From the NCBI GenBank assembly GCA_973895155.1, contig OZ316898.1:5691079-5755078 (forward strand): a stretch of 64,000 bases of DNA, given 5' to 3'. Made by a program: the position numbers and the translations under genes. Positions within the stretch are counted from its first letter, which is position 1. Each line of letters starts with the position of its first letter. The stretch comes from Marsupella aquatica. Its lineage: Eukaryota; Plantae; Marchantiophyta. Positions 1-13,329 of this stretch are shown piece after piece. The notes beneath the pieces were generated by a model, which saw only the letters and a program-made list of their open reading frames with translations, ran no database searches and had not been told where the DNA came from.

Positions 1-409
1 CACGTCAATGTGTAGTGCGTGGTTATTAAGTCACAATGGAATAAAGTATCTACCATGACACCCTTCCTCAAAAGCTATTCTATCATAGTTAAGTAAGTAC
101 ACACATTGTAATTTTGAGTTTTAAAGCATTTTCTTAGTGATGTCATTTTTGTCTTTTCAGCAGTGAGGTATTCAGTACTCTCTTGCATCTGAGAGAAGTC
201 GACTTCTGACAACAGAACATGTTGAATGTTCAGACTGGTTCTCTCAGCATTGGATACCGTCCTGCTTTTCAGATTCAACCCTGATTTGTATAAGTGCTCC
301 TTTCAATACCGTGCTGCTACAGGCTGTGTAACAAAATCTGGGCTGTGGGAATCGTCTCAATAGAGCGTCTCGATCATAGTTTACAGTAGTTAACTAGCGA
401 GTTATGGAT

Positions 410-503
410 TATGGACACAAATCTAATGTACTTTGAAGTCAGTGTTCCCCAGCTGTTATGGACACAATCCTGATGGACTTTGAAGTCAGTGTTCCACAGC
501 TGT
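410..503. repeat. ~47-bp tandem duplication
   Basis: ttatggacacaa...actttgaagtcagtgttcc.cagctg occurs twice back to back. Confidence 0.8.
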
Positions 504-923
504 TTGTTCTTAACCGACATCCAAAAGACATGGCAGTAAGGATGCTTCATAGGCTAGGCACATAGAACTAAAAAACTCTCCTGACTACAAGAATAATTAG
601 ATATGGTACGACCAGAACCTTTTTGCAGCATTGCTAGAGGAGTGAGACCCCTAATGTACCTCAGAAAAAAGTCCACAGTTATCCAAAATGTCTCTCAAGC
701 CATTTGTAAATGTTCATCCTAGGTACTCTGCGTGCTCATGCGCTGCCATTTGTCATGGCAGAGCAAGTTTGCAAGTTCCTTAGCGCACAGAATTGGTACA
801 ATAGCCCTGGTGAGTGGAGAATTACTTAAGCACAATCATCGTGGTTGCTAAGGAATGAGAGCATTGCTATGATTTCATCTCTGTACACATGAATGGTGCG
901 CAATGATTTCCAGCTGGAGTTAT

Positions 924-1060
924 TGTTGGAACTTTCAACAGCATGGACCGGCTAGGAATTGAACTTAGGACCTCCCGTGTACATCGTAGTGCTCTACCAC
1001 TGAGCTACAGGCCCTTTGTGGCTGTATCCATCTTCATTCGAGTGTGGTTCATTTCCAACA
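924..1060 (-). mobile_element. Solo LTR of a tRNA-containing TRIM (Helenus-like)
   Basis: TG...CA ends with an 8-bp terminal IR (TGTTGGAA/TTCCAACA), perfect 5-bp TSD GTTAT (919-923, 1061-1065), internal tRNA-like sequence on the - strand. Confidence 0.8.
944..1014 (-). pseudogene. tRNA-derived sequence (Pol III A/B boxes) inside the LTR; probably not a functional tRNA
   Basis: rc = GGGCCTGTAGCTCAGTGGTAGAGCACTACGATGTACACGGGAGGTCCTAAGTTCAATTCCTAGCCGGTCCA; A box TAGCTCAGTGG, B box GTTCAATTCC; anticodon and acceptor stems degraded. Confidence 0.75.
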
Positions 1061-1720
1061 GTTATTTAGTCAATTAGCATGAAGTTTTTCTCCTTTTGTA
1101 ACTTGACTAATAATTGACTGTCCAACATGTCTAGCATTTTTTTATACTACTGGAAGACCTGACTCACTTCTCATCTTTTGATTTCCAATGGGGACTTAAC
1201 ATGATTTCATATCAATCACACACGTGTTGCGCCATTGTTAGGAACCTGTGGCGATTCTATGTACACCAAGTGGTGTAAGTCAGAGTTTCCTTAGAGGCCA
1301 GCGCTGTAACAACGGTTTGTGCGTCAAGTGCTGTAAGTCAGAGTTTCTTCAAAGGCCCCAAGAGAGGACTAGAAAATGAGATGGGCATACATGGAGCGAC
1401 AAACTAAACCATGCAAAATAATGCTGGAATGCTGAAGTTTATCCTCCCCAATCCTTTGTTATCTAAAGGAGAGCTTTTACTCAGTGCAATATTCAGAGGA
1501 TAAGGCAGACAAAACAAATTTCAGACGACTCTAAAATTAGGTCAGTTGATATTTCTGCTAAGGATTATGTGTGACGTTACTTTACTTTAGTTACTTACTT
1601 CTCTATTTTTGAGTCATTTTGTAGCATTTAAAATAGTCCAATGGTAACTAATACAGTTACAGTGAAAAAATATGTTATCTCTTTCTTTATATTCTTTTTA
1701 TTTTTACGGTTAATAGTTAC

Positions 1721-1934
1721 GGCATAGCGCCCCAAAACTTACCTTGCTTTGGCCACAAACAGGACAGAGTCCCTTTGGATTTACAAGAAACCTGCTCTGT
1801 CCTATTTGTCACCATCCTTGATGATGTGGCATGGCACCCCAAAAATTACTTTGCTTTTGTCACAAACAGGACAGAGTCCCTTTGGATTTACAAGAAACTT
1901 GCTCTATCCTATTTGTCACCATCTTGATGATATG
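1721..1934. repeat. ~107-bp tandem duplication
   Basis: ggcat..ccccaaaa...cacaaacaggacagagtccctttggatttacaagaaac..gctct.tcctatttgtcaccatc..tgatgat occurs twice. Confidence 0.85.
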
Positions 1935-3728
1935 GTGCATCCTAGTGCCAGAGAATTTGCAAGAGACCTCTAATGGGGTCAGTTATTATTTGAAAACTCC
2001 AAACTTTATGTATCATCTATCCTGGAAAGAAGGATCGAAAGAAAACTATGACACATGTTATCAGAACAGTTAGATTGCCCGAAGAGATCCATGGCATGTT
2101 TGTTTCAATACAGGTGACTTAATGCCGAAAGGATAGCCCCAGTTTAGTTTGTTTTAATTCGGAGGTTTGGGGCCCGTCAATACCAAGCTAGAGGGCAAAA
2201 GCCACCCAAGCACAGAGAACAGAGAGCGACCAGCGCCGGGGGGCAGAAATTTACAAATTTACGAACTTCTGCTCTCTTTCTATTGTAACTAGATTGGATT
2301 TTCAAGGTAAGTCCAGTAGTTTATCTCAAACACTTCGGATGCTGTAATGTCAACTGCATACAAATTTACAATGAAAGTGGGCACTTCCGGAAAGCCACAA
2401 TTCAGTGATACAGCGCTTCCCAATCGCAGTGGAGGAATAGGACTAAACTGCAAAATGAAGAGGACAAGTGGCTCTGCGGATGCTCACGTAATTGTTCACT
2501 TCTAATCCAAGTCATCTTCCAGTCTGAACCTCAAGAAGGTACTGATCCTGATGACCAACCCAGTGGCACTGGGGATCCTCGTCGGCGATCTTAAGATCGA
2601 AGTCATCGGGATTGCCCCCCCTAATGAAAGCGCAGATCATAAGACGTAGGGAGAGCAAACATGTTTAGTCTCAGGCGTTTCCAATCTTGAGAGATCCCAA
2701 TTTTGCCGTCAAATGATCGTCACTCTACCGCATGTGTTTAACACTCCTCTCACAGCCAAAATCCTGAATATATCAGAATTTGTCCACCTGTTTAGTATCA
2801 AACAGACCCATCTTTACTTCAATCCAAGTGAAGGCAATAAATATAAACCAAGTCATCAGACGGCAGCCACAAACATATCCAGACTCGACACGACCCACTA
2901 GGTTGTTCCGCAGATCAGAAAAACACCACAAAGATTTCACTTCCTATCGCCCCAGGGTAATTCTCTTGTTGCCCACTTTTGAAAAACTCCTGAATGTATA
3001 TACAATAAGGCATTGGCCATATTGGTCCGATTTACTGAAAAATAGTTGAAGTTAAACCTCCGGTCTGCAAGAAAGCCCCAAAACTTTCGCAGACATTGCA
3101 CTCTTGGGTTTGCCAGTTCCAGGAGTCCTCTGCCCTAATGCGCTGTCACCATCTTATCATCATTGCGTTGCTTTGATAAAGGCGCGAGGAGTAGGTAGGA
3201 TCGATGATATTCCGTCGAAGAAGATGTCCAACTTGTGCTCACCAAATGACTTGAAATTCTGCTGTAAATTAGAACAGTGGCCTCCACATCTAACGCTGTC
3301 ATTCCCAGGAAAACCCAACAACTATAATGGTTGCTGTCCAGAATCAAGCTGGAATGATAATTCCTCTAGCCGCAATAGTCATTAGAAGTCACCTCTTGGT
3401 TTCACAGGATTTTGGACTTTCCTGCACAGCCGCCAACACAATGGACCACTGGATCATGATCACAAACTTGACTCCCTTGTTGGTCTAGTTTCACAGCACA
3501 GCATATGCTGGAGACTGTTTGGTCGATCAGAACAGAACCAGGACAGGATAGACATAAATTCTGAGATCAGCACATTGATTGATGCAAAACTTATGCTGGT
3601 GTGACTGAACACCCAACTCAAGATGCAGCCACAATTCTCATCACTCATGATTCATGTTGAGACTGTTTCCCAAAGGAAGCAGATCTTGGTTCCCCAGCCC
3701 CACCATCAAGAACGGAGGAAGGACGCTC

Positions 3729-6700
3729 TTAGCCTTGCTGAGCCCGGTCCCGCCATTTTTCTAAAGCACTCTTTCTCTTTTCTTCTATTTTATTTCCCAT
3801 CTTTTTCCCAAATGTGAGTACTTTGCCACGCCTACTAGCACGCAGTTGACCTTCAGTCTGCAGCAAACCCATTTCTTCAGGCGGTCTGGTTCCAGAATCA
3901 CTGTCAGAGGATGATGTTTGTGCTTGTGCTTGCGAATAAGTGATAACTGGAGGTGCTTCCAGGAGGTCTAAAACTACGGCTTCTGACTCTCTTTGAGACT
4001 CGTCCAAAACAAGTTCTTCTGTTTCTATCAGGGGCGTTGTCAGATCGTATAGAGGCTCTTTTGTCGATGGCCTGACAGGTAAAGACTTACAAGCCAAACT
4101 GACTCTTGATGGGGACAGAGGTGGAGAGCCAAAATCCTCTTGACCGTACTGAAAGTGAATACCTGGGAGACTGTTAGAAGGACCCACACCCGATGCGTCT
4201 AATCGGGTGTTGTCTACACTAGCTTCCCTTCTCAATAGGCTCTCCCGCCGTTCTTTCTGATTACTTTGATCATATTGTTCTCTGTCAGGGACAAATGCCA
4301 ACGGAATCACATCTCTTGGAACCCAATTGCCAGCTTCCGAGATCATCCAGGAGTATGATAAATCCTCACACTGTGGAGCTACCATCGACTCCCTTAAGAG
4401 AATCTGCATGGACCACAAAAATCTGGTCAAAATCATTCAGTATCTCCTCTCGAATAAGATATGCGCATAAGGAATTGCCTCCAAATACATGATGCAAGCG
4501 TTACGGCCTTACTATAAGGATTAACACCTTCTTTTTACAAGGAAGCTGGACGTGTCGAAGCTTTTGTGATCAGCTTCAGGAGGGAGACCAACCTTTATCT
4601 GATTGACAATAAATGCACCAAGAGGACCACTGTTGATTTTGTGATCTCCGATGCAAGGCTCCGGTAACAGCTCCAAGGCAGGCATTTCTGTGAAACTGAA
4701 CCAAACACGATCTGAAGGTGGTGGCTTTATGCGGACTTGAAGAGTACCCTTCAATTGCACAACTCTAATGGTTAACGCCAGTGGTACCTGGAATACCCAC
4801 AAAGAGATGAGCTACAGCTATACCAAAAGTACGACTCGGGTCAATTTCAGTTGTATGTAATTCAAAAATCTCAAAGGAAAATTCAACACCTTTTCACGAT
4901 CAAAAAGCAAAATTTCTTGATTTTAGCCGCCTCATACCTTGAATCTATGGGTCACCTGATAATTTAAATAATTAGGTAATCCACAGAAGAGCCCATTTCC
5001 AGAAATGATCTACACCCACTCTAGAACATTAAGATCGCTGAGCAGATCTCAGGATCTGTTCAATAATCCGAAGGTAGATTTTGTGCCCCCTTCTTGAGGA
5101 GGACTTACCTCACCTGTTGGTACATGAATTCCATGCACCAATCTTGCATAACAAGAGAAAATTCTTGCCCAGCTGAAAGGTGAGAGACAAGACATGCTGA
5201 CGTCTTCTGCTTTCTGGGATGTCATGGAGTCTTTCCTTTTTGAACAAGCTTCATCCATCTGGACTGAGAGAGAATGTTTAAATGAGACGAAGAAGTCCAC
5301 TACATCCATGGAGAAAGAGATCGAGAGAGGAAGAAAGAAAGAGAGCAACCTGAGAAACCTGCTCTGCAACTCGTGACATCATAGCTTTGACATTTGTTAT
5401 CGATGACTGCATCCAACCCTTACGACTACCTTCTTCTGAACCTCTTACATCAGCTGCCAAGACATTACAAACCACCCAATAGCGCCTGATTACTAAAACC
5501 ATAAAAATTTCTAAGAGTTAGAAATCTGCCTGTCCTAATATAGTCAACAATCTTCTTTGAGCCACTGGTCCATCTCGACGCATATTTAATTTTTAAAATC
5601 CTGCTGAGAGGCAAGCTCTTTTCAGCTCGAAGCACTGAATTACATTGTGCATGACACGTTTACAAGTACCCAGTAAGCAAGTAGGCATCAGATATCGTTA
5701 GAGTTCCGTACTCTAAAAATCTGGGTACTTAAACAGAAGAGATCTTTGACCCAGAGCAAATTCGACGTATCAAAAGAATGGTAAAACACCCTTGGAAACT
5801 AACCCCCTATCCAAGACATCTCTCCCGTAACAAGTACTTTTGGCACAGTAAATACCTGGTCTGCTACTAGTTGATGTCCCACCTCCATTTCTCTGGTCCG
5901 ATGTTGAGCCGCCTTCATCCACAGCGATGTGGAAGTCTGTCTTAAGATTCTCGAAGCCCTTGTTTAAGAGGTCCTCGGTAGCTGCTCCAGCTAAGGTTTG
6001 CTCAAGACCTTGTACCACAACCTTCTCTCTTGCATTTGAGTCACGCACATCGATGCGAGTCTCTATGGTGAGAATGGCACCTCCATAATATTCTACATCC
6101 GCTTCCAATCCCCAACCACCATCGGCTTCCGCAGGGAGCAAGTGAAAATTTTGCGCTAATGGTGGAGAATTGCCCAAATCTAAATGAGTGCAGTTAATTT
6201 TGCCTATGTAGCTTGGAGTTGGCACCTTCGAGAGTTGCCTCTGCATGTCCATCCAACAAACGAGATCAATTACAAACTTCCAAGAGCAACTTAACTTTCC
6301 TCCAGTAGCAAGGATGACCAAAACCCCTGGAAGTCATAGGTGCAAAACTATTGAGGACACAGAGGACTACAGGTTAGAAATCCTGCCTGAAGAACTGCAC
6401 GTATCCGGGCTACAACGGCTGAACTGTGGTAGAGATCAAAAAAGATCCTCGAAGACAGCATATTCACACAAAGCAGAGACCGCTCTAGACTTTCATTTTG
6501 GGGCGCGCTTGTTGCATCTCTTTCTCCCGTAGACGTAGCCAAGTCATTGTAGGACGCCGTCCTTGCAGCATTTTGGGAAAATTCATCTGGCCCCACCATG
6601 TCCCGGACGGAGGTGTCTTCAAGACTGCCAGTTCTCCCAAGTGTCGGGTCCCCGACTGGATTCGCAGAGGTTCCATTCTTACTACTACCCTCCTCAGTAT

Positions 6701-8596
6701 CACTAGATGCTCTCTTGGAATCTTCTCCTTCTTGAGAAAATTTTCCTTTGTTCCCTTTCAGACTTCGCCGAGTTAACTTCTTCCAGAGCAAGCGCTTTTT
6801 TGTGATTGCAGCCATCTCAGCTTTGGGTATCTTCCCTTTCTCGTCTGCTGTACGAGGACCGCTCACCTGAGGGAGCCCTCTCAAAAATGGAAATTGTTGT
6901 TCAACTCGAAGCAAGTACTCTTGGTACTCTTTCTTCAGCTTGAAGTACCAGTCATCAGGATCACTTTCCCAATTGGCGGAGGCACGGAGAACTTCACACC
7001 AAGCCTCCTTCTCCCAACCTGTCTCCAAATATAGCAAGCAGTCATGGGATCCTCCATATACATGTCGACTTCCATTGTGCAGCTTTACAGGGTACTTTTT
7101 AGCCCTACACAGCCCACATTGCATTGTCAGTTTACTTTCCACCATAAACATCAACCTATCAATCTACTGTGTACTTCATCAGTAAAGTACTCTCGCAATG
7201 ACTACCAACCTTCAAGACGCGGGAACTATCGGAGTGCACAGCAAACACTATTCCAACCTCACAAAAAAAAAGGTTTAGTAATTTATTCTAGATCTGAAAA
7301 AACGATCATTGATGCCATAAGGACCTGCATTCACCATTTGCGGCCGGGATGAGCGGATCCAGAAACGGATACAACGTCGCACCCTTCCAGCAGAATACTC
7401 TCCTTGACTCCTTTGCAACTCAAATGCAATATTCTTCCTTGAAGTCTAGCATACCGCCATACTGGAGCCACGTAAATATAATCCTTCAGAACATCTTTTT
7501 TGGACTTCGAATCTTTAGTGCTGTTTTCCTGATCATTCTTTTGCTCTTTTGCAGCCTTCTCCTTTAAAGCCTTCTCACGTTTAGTGTACATTTTCTTGAC
7601 GTCACCCTCAGGTAAAGCTGCTATCCATACACCACCCTGCAACGCAAAAACCAAAACAAGTCAAACACTGGCTTCGGCTTCGAGCAATAGACAACGACTC
7701 ACGACTCAAATGGATCACATTTCACTAGCTCGCACCGCAGTGATCGATCCTGCCATGCATAACAAACTGAACAGAATCAAATTAAGAACTCAGGATATTG
7801 TGTGAAGAAGCTCCACGACTGGTGAACAAGACGGAGTGGTCCCTTGACGTCGTGCAGGGCCGGACGTTGCTTTCACCCCATATATGGCAGATGCAAGAGC
7901 GTGAACGCCCACAATGATTCATTTTGTAAAGATGTCAACGGTAAAGCGGGATGCAGAATAGGGAGGCCAATGCAGACGACACAATGTACTATGATGAATC
8001 GGAGCACTACAAAACATTTATGTGAATAACAGAGGGACCCAGGATAACCTCAAATGCCTTCCATGCTGAGGAGAGGGGCAGGCATGAATTGCAAAAGGAG
8101 AGGAGAGGAGAGGACTCACACAGCTACTTGACTGCAACAATTTACAGACTTTCGCATTCTTTAAAGCTAATTTCACTAACGCTTCTCATCCAGGACCTTT
8201 CAAGATACCATAGATTGCGAATCATCCTACAGCGATGACATCAAGCAAATGATGGAGGTAAACAGATCGACGCTTGAAGACCTCAACTAGTCTCCCTCGA
8301 CCGATACGAGCCCCACTTCGAAAAGTATCGATTAGTATGAGACGACTTTCCATTTTTTGAACACCACAATACACAGGGTGGTCAACTGAAACGCAAAGAA
8401 AGGACGAGAGTAGAACCTGGAGCGTGAAGAGCAGAGAATTCTCCGGGATTTCCACATTAACAGACGAGGCATGCGGAATGGAAGGTCTGGGGTTCTTCTT
8501 CTCAAGGGATCGCAAAACAAGGAACATGATGACGAGCGCTTCGACCAATACGACGAGCAGCACCCCACTGAGGAAGGCGGATAGGCACCCGAACAT
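3729..8596 (-). CDS. TEX2-like SMP-domain (TULIP) lipid-transfer protein (N-terminal TM, PH-like region, SMP); exons 8596-8417, 7636-7335, 7104-6387, 6240-5856, 5453-5350, 4787-4593, 4403-3729; ~852 aa
   Basis: Hydrophobic N-terminus; KWAKKYPVK and LYLETGWEKEAWC motifs; SMP motifs TPSYIGKINCTHLDLGNSPP, LKGTLQVRIKPPPSDRVWFSF, LRESMVAPQCED; C-terminal GKKMGNKIEEKRK. Exon phases join to 2559 nt. Confidence 0.88.
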
Positions 8597-11500
8597 TGTG
8601 GATAAGCCGCACTTGTTGTTTGAGACGACGAGATCTGTCGAAGGGTTCAGGAGGAAAAATGCCTCAATTTTGCTGCTGCTTGTGCAAACAATCTCACCAA
8701 CTTCAGGAGAGGATAGCATATTTCCGTTTATTTCATAGCGGTGCCACACGCCCTCCCCTCGTCCCGAAGCGTTGGCGGATAGTTTCTAAACCCTCCCATG
8801 CTCCTTCAAGACGACTGCTCCTCAGACGCTACCCCCATCTTTCAAGCGAGTAGTGGCACATGACCGGACAGAACAGAACAGCCACTACAGCAAGAGAGAG
8901 GATTAATGCTTAAGACCCTAACCATCCAGAATCAAATTTTAAGAAAATCCCCCTTGGTGGTGGCGATTTCTTACGCTGCTCCTGTTGATATTAAATTGAG
9001 CCAAAGGATGCTTCTCCAGGTTTCCACATCTGTCACTAATTTTCCTCCAAGAATAATTCCACATACAGTAGTCCCTTCGGTTACGATAACCGAGATCGCT
9101 TCGTAGCAAATTCTTGTTCAGGACGCGCTCCTCATGGACTTCCTCCAACAACAAAGATCCCATAGCCATGCATGGTTGCCCCTGACACGCAAGTCAATTC
9201 CCCCGCCTACCTACCCTACGCCACCAGAAGAGAGGAGGATTTGTCCATTCACTGAAGTTCCGTCAAAATATGAACTTACACTCGCGCGGCAACGCTTTTT
9301 AAATTCCATCACCACCGACAAAAAAAATTATTCATGCATTGCACGAATGGTGGCATCGCTGAATGAGAGTGCAAACTACGTTAACAATGTCGGGATGGAA
9401 AGCTCGGGATGGAAAGCTCGGGGTGGAAAGCTTGTGAGCGGCTTCTCTGTCCCCTCCTGCGACCTGCTCTTCTCAAGCGGCAGATCAAATCGATCCGCTT
9501 CTTCAAAGTGAGACCCTCTTTTTGCAAACCAGGAACGAATCCTCGGCCCAAACTAAATAACCAACGACGCATTCATTCATTCATACAATCATGAATGTGA
9601 ATTGACTCAGTCAGTCGGCCATTCAGGCATTCATTGCTCTGCCATTGAGTCGCTTCGCAATCTCTTTCAGGAAACCAGACACTCGTTCTTCGTTCAAAGC
9701 AAACCATCTCTCTTTTCCGTGGCTCGTCTCTCACTTCTCTTCTCTGGACACAAGAAACCCGTCAATAGGGTTCGCGGGACCCCCATTGTTCTCCGACGGC
9801 GCCGTCGCCATTAACGTCCATAAACACCTCGTAATTTGGAGCAATAAATCCATGTCTGCACGGTGGCGATTCCTTAGACGGCGATTAGTGCAACGACGGC
9901 GAGTAAGTAATCCCTTGACAGTCACTTATACGACGGTCCACCGTCAAGAGTACGCCAGGGTAGCTTGGGTGGATGCATGCCTCAAAGTTGCAACGAGTCA
10001 GACACTGACACACGACGTCCGGCAAAAAAGATGAGTACCATAACTAATTACAATCACTAGGAAGCTGTCATCTCTAATCCAGTCGAATCCTATCCCTCGA
10101 AATATAATGTGGACGGTCAAGATCAGACACTGGAATACTAAACAGTATTTATCTGATTACTTTACAGTAACTCAGGATGACTAGGCGGACCCAAAATGGC
10201 GGTGATTCCTCCACTAAAGTAACGGACTGCAGTCGAGCACCCACTAACTATATATAAAATAATGAACTGATGATCAGGAAATTCGGGACATTAAAGGGGC
10301 ATATTCCTAGCATCTGATAGTCTGACAGTCTATAACTCTATATCGTTTCTCGACAACTGGATTTGGTACCACTGTAATAATTACGTGAAGTTTTATTTAT
10401 AGACTATCCTCCTGTCGCTACAACGCAATGCATGACCGTAGAAAGTTCGAATGTCACCTGTCACTGTAGTTGACTGAATTCCACATAATCATCTACAAAA
10501 CCGATGATGCAAGTTTGCATCTGTACCGTAGATAAGATGAATCGACGCGAGAGATGTAAGCAGGGGTTTTCATATCTACTCCAAGAAATCCTTGTCTGCA
10601 CTTTAATTTGCAAAATAAACATCACAATTTATTCACAGCTTGAGATAAATTTTCGTACAATTGATGGAGCGACCGGAGTTTATAACCGGTGTGGATTGAA
10701 CGTAAACACGACAAGTTGCGTTTGTGTGAAAGAATGACCTACAGCCGATGACCGGACTACCGGAGTGAAACCCGGGAAGTTGGGTACCGGTATGGTACTG
10801 TAAGTTGCCGGGACGTGTCTGCATGAAACTTTGCCACAAAATCTCGGCAGCCAAGACAAGACACTAGAATAACTTGTGGCTCGAGAAGCGCAGAGCACTG
10901 TCTTGGGACAGTAAATAGTACTTTGTGGTGAAGCGGCAGAGAGGGACAACGCGTCGGCGCAGAGGTTCGACCGTTCGACCTCTCCACACGTCAAACACCG
11001 CGGATAGGAACTTTCGAGGTACTTCTACAAAACCAACGCCGTGACCAATGCTATGACATCAGATTAAGGTGAACTAAGATCTTAAGTTCCTTTGATTTTG
11101 ATACAAAATTTCAATACTAATAATATGTTCATTGGGATTATTTTCGGGAACATCACACTAGTGAACTGAAGAGCAGCAAACGAGCCAAAGCCGACAAGGA
11201 CCGACACATGTAAGGATGTGGACTTCACCTGAGTCGAGTACTACTTCATGCCATGAATCAAGAACTATAATACACAGTTGCATCACTTTTTAGAGTGGTT
11301 GTCATTCAAATTTAAGAACTATAATACATAGTTGCACCACTTTTTAGAATGATCGTCATTCAAATTTGCAGGGCACAAAAATTAAAAAATACGGTCAAAG
11401 ATAAGCAATAAAGCCAAAGTGTGAATTGAGTTTAGTGTGAGTCACAAAAAGTTACAGCCCAAGACAAGCAAGAATAATCACAGGGAACTTAAAGCCCCCA

Positions 11501-11969
11501 TGGACACAGACGTTTTCAAAAACGCCCTCATGGACTTACTCAACCTAAATGGACACAACCAAAACTTTGAATTTTGCTCGTATAGCACACTTTCCATTTG
11601 CTTGGCAAAAGTGACTTGTAACGAGTATTGTGACCGGGACCAGTCGGTTTTCAGTTGGTTTTCCCGGTAGTCTGTCCCGACTCAGGTTTTCCATCCCCCT
11701 GGCTTTGGGCACGGGGCCTCATTGACATTAAGGAACATGTCTAGGGTTCGTTCAGGCTTTGTGCAACGATCGACAGCACCCTTCGCGCTATGAATGTGGC
11801 CAAATGTTGAATGTGATGTCCATCGATAGAGTTTGCTTCTTCATGTGGTTTTGCGCGAAGAATTCCAAGATAGATTGTAAGTTTAGGGAGCTCATCGACA
11901 ACACCCTTCGCACCTGAACTTAAAGCCCCGATTCGCACATGAACGTCGGAGCTGAAGTTCTCAGGCATA

Positions 11970-12600
11970 CTCGCAGCGCTGCTATTTGTGGGTCGACTTC
12001 GCAGCTCGACCTCGCAGCTTGATTTTGCTCTACTTCGCAGCTTGATTTTTCAGCTCTACTTCGCAGCTTGATTTCACAGCTCTACTTTGCAGCTTGATTT
12101 CGCAACTCTATTTCATAGCTCAGCAGCAAATCTATTTCGCAGCACAGCTACTCTATGTTGCAGCATATTCGCAGCTCTATTTGGAAGCACATTCGCAGCT
12201 CTATGTGGCAGCACATTGGCAGCACAATTGCAGCAGTTTTTCGCAGCACATTCGCAGCTCTATTTCATAGCAAAGCAGCAGATCTATTTTGCAGCATGTT
12301 GCAGCACATTTGCAGCTCTATTTGGTAGCACATTCGCAGCAGTATTTCGCAGCACATTTGCAGCCCTATTTCGCAGCACAGCAGCAGCTCTATTTTGCAG
12401 CACCTCATCAGCTCTATTTCGCAGCAACACAGCAGCTCCAGCACAGCAGCAATATCAAGCCTACACAACAGCTCATGTTCGCAGCACAAGCTCAGTTGGG
12501 AGTTCAACACCGAATCGTCTCCGGCTGCAGTTCAATTTCTATTTCGCAGTGCAGCACCTCATGTTAGCAGCGCCTCCACTTAGCAGCAGCTCATGTGACC
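11970..12600. repeat. Left subterminal degenerate tandem array (TTCGCAGC/GCAGCTCTATT, ~12/24-bp period)
   Basis: Dozens of gcagc-containing units; they explain the low-complexity ORFs 12087-12701 and 12289-12567. Confidence 0.85.
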
Positions 12601-13329
12601 AGCTTAAGTTCAGCTGCGACTTCCACAGCTCATCGCCTCCTACTCAACACAGATTTTGCCCAACAGTTGAAGTTCGCAGGTCAGGTTCCAAGTTTAGCTA
12701 ATGTTTTGAATTTCAAATTGAGCTTATCGCCTCTACTTGAATATACTTCTGCTGATTCTGAACAAAGGGGAATGTGAGATGGATATTGAGCTCATCGCCT
12801 GCAGCTGAAGTGCATGACCAGAGGACTAGCTGCTTCCCCAAGGGGATCGCTTCACCTAGTGAATGCAACTGCAAGGGGATCAGTAAAGAAGGTAATCAGT
12901 TTCAGGGTCCTTTTGCTGAAATTTTGATGTCCACAGCCAATTTGCAAACCAAATCTGCTGTGAAACTTGACAGAAGCTCCATTGACACAACATTCTGGGG
13001 TTGACTTTGTGTTTGAGTAAGCAAAATTCCCATTTAAATTTGATTCTACCCTGTTTGTACACTGAGTGTAACTGTCACAACCACTCTTCTTAAATAAATG
13101 GATTCTTGTCAATGTGATTCAGGTGACATTCCCCTGTTGAAACATACCAATTGTGCCTGCTAAACCTTGGTTCAACATTCTTTGATCAGGTAATTGTCTC
13201 CAATTTTGGTCCTCTGCAATTTGTCTACTACACTAGCAAGCCGGTCTGCAATCAAGTTTGTCTTAGTTCACTAGTATTAATTGTCAAGTATGTGCTTGCA
13301 GGGGTCAAATTATTCCATTGCTCATAGTC

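Noticed and set aside
944-1014. Functional tRNA gene
   Set aside because: Stems are degraded, there is no poly-T terminator, and it sits inside a TSD-flanked LTR.
2500-2622. Possible exon on the - strand
   Set aside because: Two frames are open briefly with no recognisable homology; the TEX2-like CDS already ends at 3729.
8939-9169. uORF upstream of the TEX2-like gene
   Set aside because: No conservation evidence and the TSS is unknown.
11741-11968. 75-aa ORF near the MULE left end
   Set aside because: No recognisable motif and it overlaps the internal TIR copy; cannot be supported without sibling copies.
12087-12701. 204-aa Ala/Ser/Phe-rich ORF
   Set aside because: Translation of the GCAGC tandem array; no ATG start or domain.
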